A DNA stretch of 64,000 nucleotides, taken from contig JAHDWN010000012.1 of assembly GCA_023382675.1 (NCBI GenBank), forward strand, positions 81,548 to 145,547, in the 5' to 3' direction. The notes under the pieces were generated by a model. It worked only from the letters and a program-made list of their open reading frames with translations, ran no database searches and was not told where the DNA came from. A program made the position numbers and the translations under genes. Shown here one piece after another: positions 52,211 through 62,120 of this stretch. The DNA comes from Anaerolineae bacterium. GTDB lineage: Bacteria > Chloroflexota > Anaerolineae > Aggregatilineales > Phototrophicaceae. Each line of letters begins with the position of its first letter. Positions within the stretch are counted from its first letter, which is position 1.

Positions 52211-53959
52211 TTAGCTCGGATCATCCCCGCGCGTGCGGGGGATATTGGGCGGGCGCGAGCCATCTCTAACCTGTGGCGGCGGCACATCGGCAGGCGGCGG
52301 TGTATAGGTAGATGCGCTGTAAGGCGCATTCGCTGCCGGGGATGCTGGTTCCCCGGTGATGCGCTGGTGATAGGCGGCCAGGTAATCGGCGATTGCCTGG
52401 CTTGAAATGCCTGAACTCGCCTGCGCTTCATGCAGTAAGGCCAGGCGGCGCGAGATTTCGCCCTGGATTTTCTGGGGGTCGCCAATGGTGTTGAACCGCT
52501 TGGCATCTTTCAGATCGCTGCCTACCAATGAGATGCGAATATTGCCGCGATTGAGCAGGTGATCGATCACGCCGTTGACCTCGGAAACGACATTATCCAC
52601 CTGATACAAGCGCACCTGTTCCGTTTCATTCTGCAGCCACAAAGGCCGTTTGTGGATGATCGTGATCGTATCCTGGCTGACGATCAGTAGATCGTGCCGC
52701 CAGTCCCAATCTGCCAGATAGAACCAGAGACAACCAAACAGAAACAATCCTGCCCCGACTGCTAACCCCACAGCGGCGCTTGACTGTAAGGTTGGCACCA
52801 ACAGGCTCGCCAGCCCGAAACCAATGCCGATCACCATGATGATCAGAGGCGCGAGGATATGCCGCCCCCAAACAGAGAGATGGCGACGGTAAAGATTATC
52901 GCCATTGCTTGCGACCCAGTGTGTACGCAGGGGATTGAAACCGCGGGGTTCCACGACCGGTTGGGCCGCGGGCACATTTGTCTCGGCGCGGGCTACTCCA
53001 AATGCCTGATCGAGTTCCCGGTTGATAAGCTCGCGCGAGCGACTGGTCATGCCGCTGCGGAACGAATCGCGCTCGGCGAAGATGATGCGCTGAATTTGCT
53101 TGGGGTCAGGCATGGTATCAATGGTGATTTCGCCTGCCGAACCGCCGGTTTTGACCAGAATGCGCCCGTAACCGAACAGGCGCGCAAACGGATCTGGCGG
53201 GATGTCAGCGATCACTTCGTAGGCGCGTTCCAGCGGCATTTCATTGATCGTTTTTTCAAAGCGGAGCAGAGCATCCTCGATTTTGACGATGCGCTGGTCG
53301 GTGATGATCAACATATCGTTCTGCCAGTCGGCATACAGAATGAGAAGGATGCCCCCAGGCACAATGACCGCAGAGCCAAGCAGAATCAGAGCGATAGCGG
53401 GCGTATGCAGCGATAGGCCAGCACCGACGATCAGCGCTGTGGCAATGAGCATCGGAAACCAGGCCTTTCTGCCGAATGCCCACCAATGACGCTTGAAGAT
53501 GTGTCGTACCGTTTCGTCTTCGCGCTGCCCTTTGAAGATTTGCACGGCCTTTCGAGTAGCGACCTGCTGCATTCCGATATTGGCGCGTAGTTCAGGATAA
53601 TGCGTGATCAGGCTCGCCAAGGCGCGTTTGGGAATCGCCACCACAATCGAGGTCTCGACGATGCGCAGTGAATAGGGTTCGATACGTTCCGAGTAGAGCG
53701 TTTCTTCGCCAATGAACTGACCTTCGCCAACCGTGCCGGCCTGTTCGTCCAGGCCATCATCGCCGCGCCGCGTCAGAATGCCGCGCCCGGAAATGAACAA
53801 ATACATCGCCTGTGATGGTTGACCTTGAGTCACAAGGAGCGTGCCGGGTTCGACACGTGTAACCTGAGCGATACCCGCGAGCAACGGGTACTGATCAGGA
53901 GCGACGTGCGCGAAAATGGGCAGCCGCCGCAAATGCGAAATGAGGAAACGTTCGTTCAT
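52211..53959 (-). CDS. Cyclic-nucleotide-binding domain protein fused to two membrane-embedded bacterial PH (YdbT-like) modules
   Basis: The N-terminal LPIFAHV...VEPGTLLVTQGQPSQAMYLFISGRG...GEGQFIGEE is cNMP/CAP-like. Two repeats follow, each of two TM segments plus a ...W..D.LI.T..R.. bPH pattern. The tail is Pro-rich. Confidence 0.7.
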   Translation of the reverse strand: MNERFLISHLRRLPIFAHVAPDQYPLLAGIAQVTRVEPGTLLVTQGQPSQAMYLFISGRGILTRRGDDGLDEQAGTVGEGQFIGEETLYSERIEPYSLRIVETSIVVAIPKRALASLITHYPELRANIGMQQVATRKAVQIFKGQREDETVRHIFKRHWWAFGRKAWFPMLIATALIVGAGLSLHTPAIALILLGSAVIVPGGILLILYADWQNDMLIITDQRIVKIEDALLRFEKTINEMPLERAYEVIADIPPDPFARLFGYGRILVKTGGSAGEITIDTMPDPKQIQRIIFAERDSFRSGMTSRSRELINRELDQAFGVARAETNVPAAQPVVEPRGFNPLRTHWVASNGDNLYRRHLSVWGRHILAPLIIMVIGIGFGLASLLVPTLQSSAAVGLAVGAGLFLFGCLWFYLADWDWRHDLLIVSQDTITIIHKRPLWLQNETEQVRLYQVDNVVSEVNGVIDHLLNRGNIRISLVGSDLKDAKRFNTIGDPQKIQGEISRRLALLHEAQASSGISSQAIADYLAAYHQRITGEPASPAANAPYSASTYTPPPADVPPPQVRDGSRPPNIPRTRGDDPS

Positions 53960-54109
53960 AACTGGCCTACTCAGTGCTGCCTGGTTGTTATTCTGGATTC
54001 TACAGGTATTTATCCAGAAACGAACCGTCGGCGCGGCGATTGCTCACAAACTGTCATGTGGGTAAGATTGGAGCCTGCAAGTCAACGTACATTCAAAGGA
54101 GGGTGCGCC

Positions 54110-55024
54110 ATGCAAATCGCAATCATGGGTCTCGGCAGGATGGGCGCTAATATGGCGCGGCGGTTGCTGCGCGGTGGGCACGAGGTGGTGGCTTACAATC
54201 GCTCACCCGGGCCGGTGCAGGAACTGGTAGCGGAAGGCGCGATTGGGGCTACCTCTGCGCAAGACGTTGTGGACAAGTTGCGTGCGCCGCGTGTCGTCTG
54301 GCTGATGGTGCCAGCGGGCGATGTGACGGAGCACCAATTGCAGACATTCAAGTCATTGCTTTCGCCCGGCGACATTCTGATCGACGGCGGCAACAGCAAT
54401 TACAGAGACACCATGCGGCGGGCTGCGGACTTGCAGGACACCGGCATTCATTTTGTAGACGTGGGGACCAGCGGCGGCGTATGGGGATTGACAGAAGGTT
54501 ACAGCATGATGATCGGCGGTGAAGTCGATGTCGTCGAACATCTGCGACCAATCTTCGAGACCCTGGCCCCGGCAGCCGATAAAGGCTGGGGACGAACCGG
54601 GCCGCATGGGGCTGGGCATTTCGTCAAAATGGTTCACAACGGCATCGAGTATGGCATGATGCAAGCCTATGCCGAAGGCTTCGAGATCATGAAGAAGAAG
54701 ACTGATCTTGAACTCAAGGTCGATGAAATCGCCGAAATCTGGCGCTACGGCAGCGTCGTCCGCTCGTGGTTGCTCGATCTGACCGCCGCCGCTTTTGCGG
54801 AAGATACCGAGCTGGTGGATATTGCGCCCTGGGTGGCGGACAGCGGTGAGGGGCGTTGGACAGTCCAGGAAGCGATTGATCTGGATGTGCCTTCACCCGT
54901 GATCACGCTGGCGCTGATGATGCGTTTCGTCAGCCGACAGACGGATGAAGACAGCTACGCTGCCAAGGTTCTGGCGGTTATGCGCAACCAATTCGGTGGT
55001 CATGCGATCAAAAAGGAGGTTTAG
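54110..55024 (+). CDS. gnd: 6-phosphogluconate dehydrogenase (decarboxylating), short form
   Basis: AAAGGAGGG SD upstream. MQIAIMGLGRMGANMARRL, IDGGNSNY, GTSGGVWG and GAGHFVKMVHNGIEYG are present. Confidence 0.88.
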   Translation: MQIAIMGLGRMGANMARRLLRGGHEVVAYNRSPGPVQELVAEGAIGATSAQDVVDKLRAPRVVWLMVPAGDVTEHQLQTFKSLLSPGDILIDGGNSNYRDTMRRAADLQDTGIHFVDVGTSGGVWGLTEGYSMMIGGEVDVVEHLRPIFETLAPAADKGWGRTGPHGAGHFVKMVHNGIEYGMMQAYAEGFEIMKKKTDLELKVDEIAEIWRYGSVVRSWLLDLTAAAFAEDTELVDIAPWVADSGEGRWTVQEAIDLDVPSPVITLALMMRFVSRQTDEDSYAAKVLAVMRNQFGGHAIKKEV

Positions 55025-55153
55025 CGCAGGTTGGGCGTCATCTCGCAGCGGGTTTCTGCATTTGACACCGAATCGCGATCCTCTTATACTCACAACGAAC
55101 TTATCAATCACGTTGAAACACCACCGAGCATTCACCGCGCGAGGAGGCAATTT

Positions 55154-55873
55154 ATGCAGGGCAGCGATAGCTTCCGGCTGATCGTCCGCCGGGGACCGCA
55201 GCCTAATCAGGTCTACGAGCTTAATAAAGACATCGTGACTCTGGGCCGTGATATTACCAATGACATCGTTATCAACGACCCGGAAGTGAGCCGACATCAT
55301 TTACGCCTCACACGCGGCGCGGGCGGATTTACACTTGAAGATCTGGGCTCGACCAATGGCACTTTCGTCAACGGCCAGCGTCTGACGGGCGCACGGCCTC
55401 TGCGACAGGGGGACATGATCGGGCTGGGCGAGACGGTAACACTGGCCTACGAAGTGGCGACTGCGGGTGCGCCGATGGGCAGCGAAGCGCCTGCGGTCAC
55501 AGCACCGAACGCGGCGCAGCGTGTACCGCCCGCTTCTCCGCCACCCCAGGCGTCCTATGCGCCAGCATCGCCGCCGCCTTACAGCAGCGGTGGTTATGAA
55601 CAACAACCCTCGTATAGCCCGCCACAACCGGCTCCGGCGATCCAGCCGCCCGGCGCAGGCTACGATTACGACCCGTATGCTGTGCGCGAAGAAGAGCCAC
55701 AAAACACGACTCGTTTGGTCTTGATCGGGTGCGGCGTGCTCTCGTTGATTTGCTGCTGCGGCACTATCGGCGGTGCGGTGCTGGTCGATCAACTGTGTTT
55801 GTGGGATCGCATTCCGGTTGTGTGGAACATCCTCAGCGCGCTTGGGCTGTCGCTGTCGTCTAGCTGCCTCTAG
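55154..55873 (+). CDS. FHA domain protein with Pro-rich linker and C-terminal TM anchor
   Basis: GAGGAGG SD upstream. TLGRDITNDIVINDPEVSRHHLRL...GSTNGTFVNGQRL is the FHA signature. A P/S/Y-rich tract follows, then the TM helix LVLIGCGVLSLICCCGTIGGAVLV. Confidence 0.85.
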   Translation: MQGSDSFRLIVRRGPQPNQVYELNKDIVTLGRDITNDIVINDPEVSRHHLRLTRGAGGFTLEDLGSTNGTFVNGQRLTGARPLRQGDMIGLGETVTLAYEVATAGAPMGSEAPAVTAPNAAQRVPPASPPPQASYAPASPPPYSSGGYEQQPSYSPPQPAPAIQPPGAGYDYDPYAVREEEPQNTTRLVLIGCGVLSLICCCGTIGGAVLVDQLCLWDRIPVVWNILSALGLSLSSSCL

Positions 55874-55987
55874 TTCGCATGGTATCCGTCCTCGCGCCTG
55901 CTCAGGCCGCGGGGACGGTGTTTTTTGATAACAGCCATTTCAAGGACGGCTGTTTGTTTACCGATGGGTTACAACAGGAGATTCGAG

Positions 55988-56482
55988 ATGGGCAAGCAAT
56001 ACTCGGCACCACCTCCGATGCAGATCGACGCCAGCAAGAACTACACGGCGCACTTTGTCACCAGTCGCGGGGAGTTCGACATCGAGCTGTTCGCCAAAGA
56101 CGCGCCGATCACGGTCAACAATTTCGTCTTTTTGGCGAAAGATGGCTTTTTTGATGGTCTCAACTTCCATCGCGTGATCAAAGATCCGCCGTTCATGGTT
56201 CAGGGAGGATGCCCGGAAGGCAGCGGGCGCGGCGGTCCCGGTTATCGTTGGAATGATGAGCCATCTGCGTTACGGCTGCGCCACGATGGCCCTGGCGTCT
56301 TGAGCATGGCGAATGCCGGCCCGAATACCAACGGCTCCCAGTTCTTCATCACCCACGTCGCGACGCCCTGGCTCGACGGCAAACACGCCGTTTTCGGACG
56401 GGTGAAGGGCGATGGTCAAGAAGTCATCAACGCCATCGAACAAGGCGACAAAATCCAATCTATCACCATCGTCGAACAGTAG
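55988..56482 (+). CDS. Peptidyl-prolyl cis-trans isomerase, cyclophilin type
   Basis: [44 protein letters not shown] and HAVFGRV are present. Confidence 0.92.
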   Translation: MGKQYSAPPPMQIDASKNYTAHFVTSRGEFDIELFAKDAPITVNNFVFLAKDGFFDGLNFHRVIKDPPFMVQGGCPEGSGRGGPGYRWNDEPSALRLRHDGPGVLSMANAGPNTNGSQFFITHVATPWLDGKHAVFGRVKGDGQEVINAIEQGDKIQSITIVEQ

Positions 56483-56515
56483 TTCCTAACCCATGATGCG
56501 ATAGTTTGAAATGAG

Positions 56516-56545
56516 CAGGGCGAACTAACTCGCCCTGTTTTGTTT
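56516..56545. terminator. Bidirectional rho-independent terminator
   Basis: CAGGGCGA-N6-TCGCCCTG followed by TTTTGTTT, between convergent genes. Confidence 0.7.
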
Positions 56546-56940
56546 CAGGTGAGCGGCGCGAACAGATCGACCACATTGCCATCCGGGTCTGCGACCTGGG
56601 CGTAACGCTGCCCCCAGAAGGCATCAAACGGCGCTCTGTGCCCGTGATAGCCTTTGCCCGTCAGCCGTTCGTAGGTGGCGTCAACCTCCGCCGGACTGGC
56701 GCAGAGGAAGGCGAGTCCCAAACGATGCCCGCCGGATGGCGGTGTCCAGGCGGTGTCGAAGCTGCGGATCACCTCGATCGTATCCCAGGCGAGACGCAGC
56801 CCATTGTCCATTGTGATCTCGACATGCCCTTCCTGATTCATCTCCATCGAGATTTCGAAGCCCAGGGCGCGATAGAAGTCAAGCGCTTCTGGCATACTGC
56901 GTACGATAATGCCGATCAAATCGAGTTTCGGGGAAATCAT
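56545..56940 (-). CDS. VOC (glyoxalase/bleomycin-resistance/dioxygenase) family protein
   Basis: LDLIGIIVRSMPEALDFY...H.E......FWGQRYAQVADPDGNVVDLF. Confidence 0.8.
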   Translation of the reverse strand: MISPKLDLIGIIVRSMPEALDFYRALGFEISMEMNQEGHVEITMDNGLRLAWDTIEVIRSFDTAWTPPSGGHRLGLAFLCASPAEVDATYERLTGKGYHGHRAPFDAFWGQRYAQVADPDGNVVDLFAPLT

Positions 56941-57026
56941 CAGCCAGGTTCCTCCTTTAAGTTGATGCATTCGGGCAATCATGCTAGCTTATGCATAGAT
57001 CTTGACGAAGCCGGTCATTACCCTAT

Positions 57027-58820
57027 ATGAACGAACAGCCTTTACCCGCACTTCCCGCCACCATTATTGTCCCGGTTGCCAACCCGCACAACGCACGAAC
57101 GCTCTTGCAATTTGCCCTGGATCTGCTCGATCCGGAAGAAGAAGGCCGCGTGGTCGCTCTGATCGTCACACGCGGGGATGTGGAAGCGGACAGTAAAGTC
57201 ATCGATAAAATTGAGCCGCTGATCGAAAAAATGAAGGAGCAGGGCAGACCGGTCGAACTGCTGACACGCACCAGCAGCAATGTCCCTCGCGGCATCCTGG
57301 ATGCCGCTCGCGAAGAACGCGCCGATATGCTCGTTCTGGGCATACAGCAGCCGATAAACGGCCAGATCAGATTAGGCTCGATTCTCGAAAATGTGCTGGC
57401 AACCGCGCCATGCGATGTGCTCATCTACCGCAGCGGCACACACGCTGATTTTGAACGTGTCGTCGTGCCTGTCGATGGCAGCATCGGGGCACGCCTTGCC
57501 GCGCAGGTCGGTCTTCGACTGGCAAAGCAGCGCGACCGAAAGATCGAAGCGATTTGCGCAAAGCAGACTTATGAAGGTCGTTGGGTCGGCCTGGGGCGGA
57601 TCGCGCAATCGCTGGAGGGGCTGCCCGACGCAGCCATGGTCAAGCGAACCCTGATCACGGCCAACTTCGCGGCCAATGGTGTTTTGGCAGAAACTCGTGC
57701 TCACGATCTCATCGTTCTGGCGATCTCGGAACGGACACGTCTGGAACGGATGCTCTTTGGCGATTTCACGAGTTCCATCCTCAACAAGGCGGAATGTTCT
57801 GTACTGCTGGTCGCGCGTTCGATTCCACGCTCGCGAATTACTGGGGCGCTTCTCGATGGCCTGAACCGGCTCAACATGCGCCTGACGCCAGACGAGCAAG
57901 AAGGGGTGATGCGGGAAGCATACGACATGACACTCCCCGGCAGTGATTACGTCGTCCTGGTCATCATTGCAGCGATTATTGCCTCGCTCGGCCTCGTGCT
58001 CAACAGCAGCGCCGTCGTCATCGGCGCGATGCTGGTCGCACCGTTTATGCAGCCATGCGTCGGTTTTGCCGTCGGGATGGCGACCGCTGAATTGCAGCTT
58101 GTCCGCCGTGGGTTAGGCGCTTTGCTCGTCGGGGTACCTTTGGCGTTGGCCTTCGCTTTTGCCATTGGCGCATTGGCGGATTTACAAACCGCGACGCCCG
58201 AAATGCTGGCACGGACGCAGCCCGGCCTGCTGGATATCGGTGTGGCGATGATGTCGGGTGTTATCGGCGCGTATGCTTTAGCACGCAAAAACATCTCCTC
58301 GGCACTGGCGGGGGTCGCGATTGCCGCAGCATTGATGCCGCCGTTATGTACCTTAGGGCTGGAACTCGCTGCCGGGCGTCAGGATACAGCTTTGCGCGCG
58401 GGGTTGATCTTCGCCACGAATATCGTCGGCATTTCGGTGGCGGCCTGGATGATCTTCCTGTGGCTGGGTATACGGCCCCATTGGAAAGATGCGCACGCCC
58501 GCACGCGCTATCTCTGGGTGACGCTGACGGCGATGCTGGCTGTGCCGCTCGTGATCTTGTTGATCGCGCTGGCGTCTCGCAGCGACCGGACACGGATCAT
58601 CTGGGACAAACTTCAGGCTGCTTTTGACGATCCGGATATGCATGTTGTCGATGTACGTGTAGGCGAGCAAACGCCGTTGAGGATTGAAGCCACGGTGCGC
58701 ACGCCGCGCCCGATTAATCCAGACGTCGTCAATAATGCTGAGCGTCAGTTGGCAGATGAATTGAATACTGGGATCGAGCTGGAGATCATAGAGCAGCGTG
58801 TGATCCTTGGACAAAGCTGA
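57027..58820 (+). CDS. Tandem universal-stress-protein (USP) domains fused to a DUF389 membrane domain
   Basis: IIVPVANPHNARTLLQFA and VVVPVDGSIGARLAAQVG are USP-like. VVLVIIAAIIASLGLVLNSSAVVIGAMLVAPFM is the DUF389 signature. Confidence 0.75.
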   Translation: MNEQPLPALPATIIVPVANPHNARTLLQFALDLLDPEEEGRVVALIVTRGDVEADSKVIDKIEPLIEKMKEQGRPVELLTRTSSNVPRGILDAAREERADMLVLGIQQPINGQIRLGSILENVLATAPCDVLIYRSGTHADFERVVVPVDGSIGARLAAQVGLRLAKQRDRKIEAICAKQTYEGRWVGLGRIAQSLEGLPDAAMVKRTLITANFAANGVLAETRAHDLIVLAISERTRLERMLFGDFTSSILNKAECSVLLVARSIPRSRITGALLDGLNRLNMRLTPDEQEGVMREAYDMTLPGSDYVVLVIIAAIIASLGLVLNSSAVVIGAMLVAPFMQPCVGFAVGMATAELQLVRRGLGALLVGVPLALAFAFAIGALADLQTATPEMLARTQPGLLDIGVAMMSGVIGAYALARKNISSALAGVAIAAALMPPLCTLGLELAAGRQDTALRAGLIFATNIVGISVAAWMIFLWLGIRPHWKDAHARTRYLWVTLTAMLAVPLVILLIALASRSDRTRIIWDKLQAAFDDPDMHVVDVRVGEQTPLRIEATVRTPRPINPDVVNNAERQLADELNTGIELEIIEQRVILGQS

Positions 58821-58960
58821 TCCGAAAGAGTTTGTCGCGATTTAGCTCTTGATGGTTTCACGGGTTTTTCAGAAATTCTTTGACACTCTAGTTATTGCCA
58901 GCGAACAATTAATGATGTAAGATTGCTTAATATCAACTAATAAAACCCCTTGGCAGAAAC

Positions 58961-59446
58961 GTGACATCGCTCCAACAAGAACAGAATGACTATTTTCGCC
59001 TGATCCTGCTGACTGTCGTCGGTCAGGCCTATGCGGCCGCCGGGTTTCGTCTGGAAGAGAAACCGACGCAGTGGGCGGGGGGGCAATTTCGCTTCTTCAA
59101 ACAGCTCAACCAGGAGCTATACGCCTTTATCGCCTACCAGCACCTACCTTATTCTGAGCCGCAGCCTTCGCGCTTTCGAGTCACGCTGGCACGGACAGAC
59201 AAACTCAATCCGGCACTCTCCAGCCGTCACCCGAAGTTTGATCGCCGTACACTGAGTGTATTGGTCGTGGAGGATTTCGGGGTCAATATCTTACCGGCAG
59301 CGGATTACTGGTGGGAGTATCGCACTACGGAAGAACTGGGGCGCGCGCTGGCAGAGGCCGGTCATCTCGTCGCTGGCTATGGCATCCCCTGGCTTGCGGG
59401 CGAGCTCACGCCGCCGGAACGACAGGCTGCCGAAAGCACCACCTAG
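58961..59446 (+). CDS. Hypothetical protein
   Basis: GTG start after an AT-rich spacer. I recognise no family. Confidence 0.45.
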   Translation: MTSLQQEQNDYFRLILLTVVGQAYAAAGFRLEEKPTQWAGGQFRFFKQLNQELYAFIAYQHLPYSEPQPSRFRVTLARTDKLNPALSSRHPKFDRRTLSVLVVEDFGVNILPAADYWWEYRTTEELGRALAEAGHLVAGYGIPWLAGELTPPERQAAESTT

Positions 59447-59505
59447 TCAACGCTCATGCAACGTTAGTTGTGCGCATATTGACAGTCTAAGATGCGCTCG
59501 CGATA

Positions 59506-61929
59506 ATGCGACGCATGTTCAAATCATCCCTGCTGCTCCTGGCACTCTTATGGCTGGTTTCCGCCTGCACACTCACGCAGGCTCCGGAAGATCAGCCTAA
59601 CGTGATTATCGCTCCTAACGAGACTCAGATCGCGCTTGATGCGACGCTGACGCGGCAGGCGCAACTGCCGACGCCGACGGCAACCTTAGCGCCGGATGTT
59701 CTGCTGCTCAGCGCGGATCGCAAGCTGTTGAATGGCTACTACGAAGCCGCCGTCGGTGAATATGAGCAGGTGCTGGCGCAGGGGGACTATGCGCCCGGCG
59801 ATGCCCTTGGTGCGGCAGCTTTTGGATTAGCCCGCGCCGCTCTGCGCGAAGGGCTGTTTGAGGACGCCGCTAATGCGCTGACGATCTTCATCGATCAATT
59901 CCCGCAGGATGAGCGCGTACCTCAGGCCTATTTCTTGCGCGGTGATGCTTTTCTGGGTCTCTCGCGCTGGGAAAACGCCATTGCCGACTTCGAGATCTAT
60001 TTGCAGGCGCGTCCTGGATTGATCGACAGCTACGTGTATGAGCGGGTTGGCGATGCGCAGCTTGCCCTGGGGCAGTTCGATCAGGCGGTTACCAGCTATC
60101 AAGCCTCTGCGAATGCTGACCGCGGCCTCGTGCCCCAATTGATTCTGCGCGAGAAACTGGCGCAGCTTTACATCAGCGCCGAGCAGCCTGCGCAGGCTGT
60201 GGCGCAGTATGATGCCATCCTGAGTGTGGCGCGCAATGCACCCTACCGCGCGAGCATCGCCTACGCCGCGGCGCAGGCGATGCTCAACGGTGGCGACGTG
60301 ACGAGCGGCCTGGCGCGGATGCAGCAGGTCTTCGAGCAGTATCCCGACCGTCCCGAAGCGTATCAGGCGATGCAGGCGCTTGATCAAAACGGCGTCACTA
60401 TCGATCTGTTTCAACGCGGGCAGGTCAGCTACTCCTTTGGCGATTATGTGGGCGCTATCGATGCCTACAATACTTATTCGGCACAACACCCGCTGACAGA
60501 AATTCCGCCCCAGATGTTTCTACAACTCGGTCGTGCTTACCGTGAGGTCGGCAACCCGGCAGCCGCAATCACCGCCTTCCAGTCCGTAGTCGACCAGTAC
60601 CCCACCAGCAACGTCTTTGGCGATGCACTGTTGGAGCAAGGGCGAACGTACTTCCTCAGCGGCGAGATTCCGGCAGCCATCGATCAGTACATGCGCATCG
60701 CGGACACCTATGCCTATCTGCCGCAGGCTGCCGAGGCGCTCTGGCGCGCCGGTTATCTGTATGGTACGAATGACCAGCCGGATCTGGCAGCGGCGCTTTT
60801 TGAAAGACTGGCGCAGGAACACCCGGATACGGAACAGGCGCGCGATGGTTTGCTGCTGGCCGCCAACGCCTCACTGCAAACCGGCAATCTCGGCGCTGCG
60901 GAGCGTTTCTACGCTGCTTTGGCGGCGACGGCGACCGGAGGTATTCAGGCGGAGGCCTATTTGAACGTGGGGCGGTTGGCACTCCAGCGCGGCGATACCG
61001 GCATCGCCAATCAGGCGCTGCAGCAAGCAGCCCAGGCCGCGCCCGATAGCTACTTCAGCGCACGTGCGCGGGACATCACGGAAGGGCAAGCGCCCTTTGC
61101 CCCGCCCGCGGAATATCGGTTTCAGTTTGACGATGCTGCTGAAGTTGCGCAGGCGGAGACGTGGCTGCGCCAGACCTTCGCCATCGCGCAGGAAGGGACG
61201 CTCTGGCAGCTTGCGCCGACGCTGCAATCTGACCCACGCTTGATCCGCGGCACGGAGTTATGGGGTGTCGCTGCTTACGACGAAGCGCGCGCCGAATTCG
61301 ACGACTTGCTCAATACCACTGAAACGGACGCACTGGCGTCCTATCAACTCGCCATCTACTGGCGTCAGATCGGCGCATACCAGGCGTCGATCCAGGCAGC
61401 GGCGAACGTCATCGGCGCCGCGAAAATCAGCACCATAGAAGCACCGCCGTACATCGCGCGGATGCGCTATCCCGTCTATTACCTGGACGTGGTTCAGACA
61501 GAGGCGGCGAAGTATGGCATCGACCCCCTACTGCTGTTCGCGCTCATTCGCCATGAGAGCTTGTTCGACACCAATGCCACGGCAGCCGCTGGAGAAAAAG
61601 GCCTGACGCAGGTGATCCCAAGTACCGGCGAATACATCGCCCAGCAGTTGAACTGGCCGGATTATGAGCACAGTGTCCTGTTCCGCCCCTATGCCAGCAT
61701 AGCGTTTGGCGCATATTACTTGCAGGAGCAGTTGGCGCGGTTCGATAACAATGTGCCGGCGGCTGTGAGCGCCTACAATGCTGGCCCAGGTCGAGCGGTC
61801 CAGTGGGTGGCGTTGTCCGGGGGCGATCCTGATCTCTTTATCAGCGCGATTGCCATCGACAGCACGCGCACCTATGTCACCCGTATCTATGGCTACCACG
61901 CGATCTACCGCGCGTTGTATGGCATCTAA
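59506..61929 (+). CDS. Lipoprotein with TPR repeats and C-terminal Slt-type lytic transglycosylase domain
   Basis: Lipobox LLWLVSAC. Many TPR-like A/L/Y-rich repeats. The SLT core is LLFALIRHESLFD...GEKGLTQVIPSTG...AYNAGPG. Confidence 0.85.
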   Translation: MRRMFKSSLLLLALLWLVSACTLTQAPEDQPNVIIAPNETQIALDATLTRQAQLPTPTATLAPDVLLLSADRKLLNGYYEAAVGEYEQVLAQGDYAPGDALGAAAFGLARAALREGLFEDAANALTIFIDQFPQDERVPQAYFLRGDAFLGLSRWENAIADFEIYLQARPGLIDSYVYERVGDAQLALGQFDQAVTSYQASANADRGLVPQLILREKLAQLYISAEQPAQAVAQYDAILSVARNAPYRASIAYAAAQAMLNGGDVTSGLARMQQVFEQYPDRPEAYQAMQALDQNGVTIDLFQRGQVSYSFGDYVGAIDAYNTYSAQHPLTEIPPQMFLQLGRAYREVGNPAAAITAFQSVVDQYPTSNVFGDALLEQGRTYFLSGEIPAAIDQYMRIADTYAYLPQAAEALWRAGYLYGTNDQPDLAAALFERLAQEHPDTEQARDGLLLAANASLQTGNLGAAERFYAALAATATGGIQAEAYLNVGRLALQRGDTGIANQALQQAAQAAPDSYFSARARDITEGQAPFAPPAEYRFQFDDAAEVAQAETWLRQTFAIAQEGTLWQLAPTLQSDPRLIRGTELWGVAAYDEARAEFDDLLNTTETDALASYQLAIYWRQIGAYQASIQAAANVIGAAKISTIEAPPYIARMRYPVYYLDVVQTEAAKYGIDPLLLFALIRHESLFDTNATAAAGEKGLTQVIPSTGEYIAQQLNWPDYEHSVLFRPYASIAFGAYYLQEQLARFDNNVPAAVSAYNAGPGRAVQWVALSGGDPDLFISAIAIDSTRTYVTRIYGYHAIYRALYGI

Positions 61930-62120
61930 ATACAGTCAAAAAAGTGATGAGTGATGGGTAATGAGTTTTGAACTCAACCACCCCTAAACATCCGGCGAAT
62001 TTTTGTCCTTCGCAGTGAACGCAATTTGCTCGTGCGTGTATTGTCTTCGGATACTTCGCGCACAACCCATCAAATCCAGATAGTGTGTGCGTGCTCATCT
62101 AGATAGCGAAAAGGCAAATC

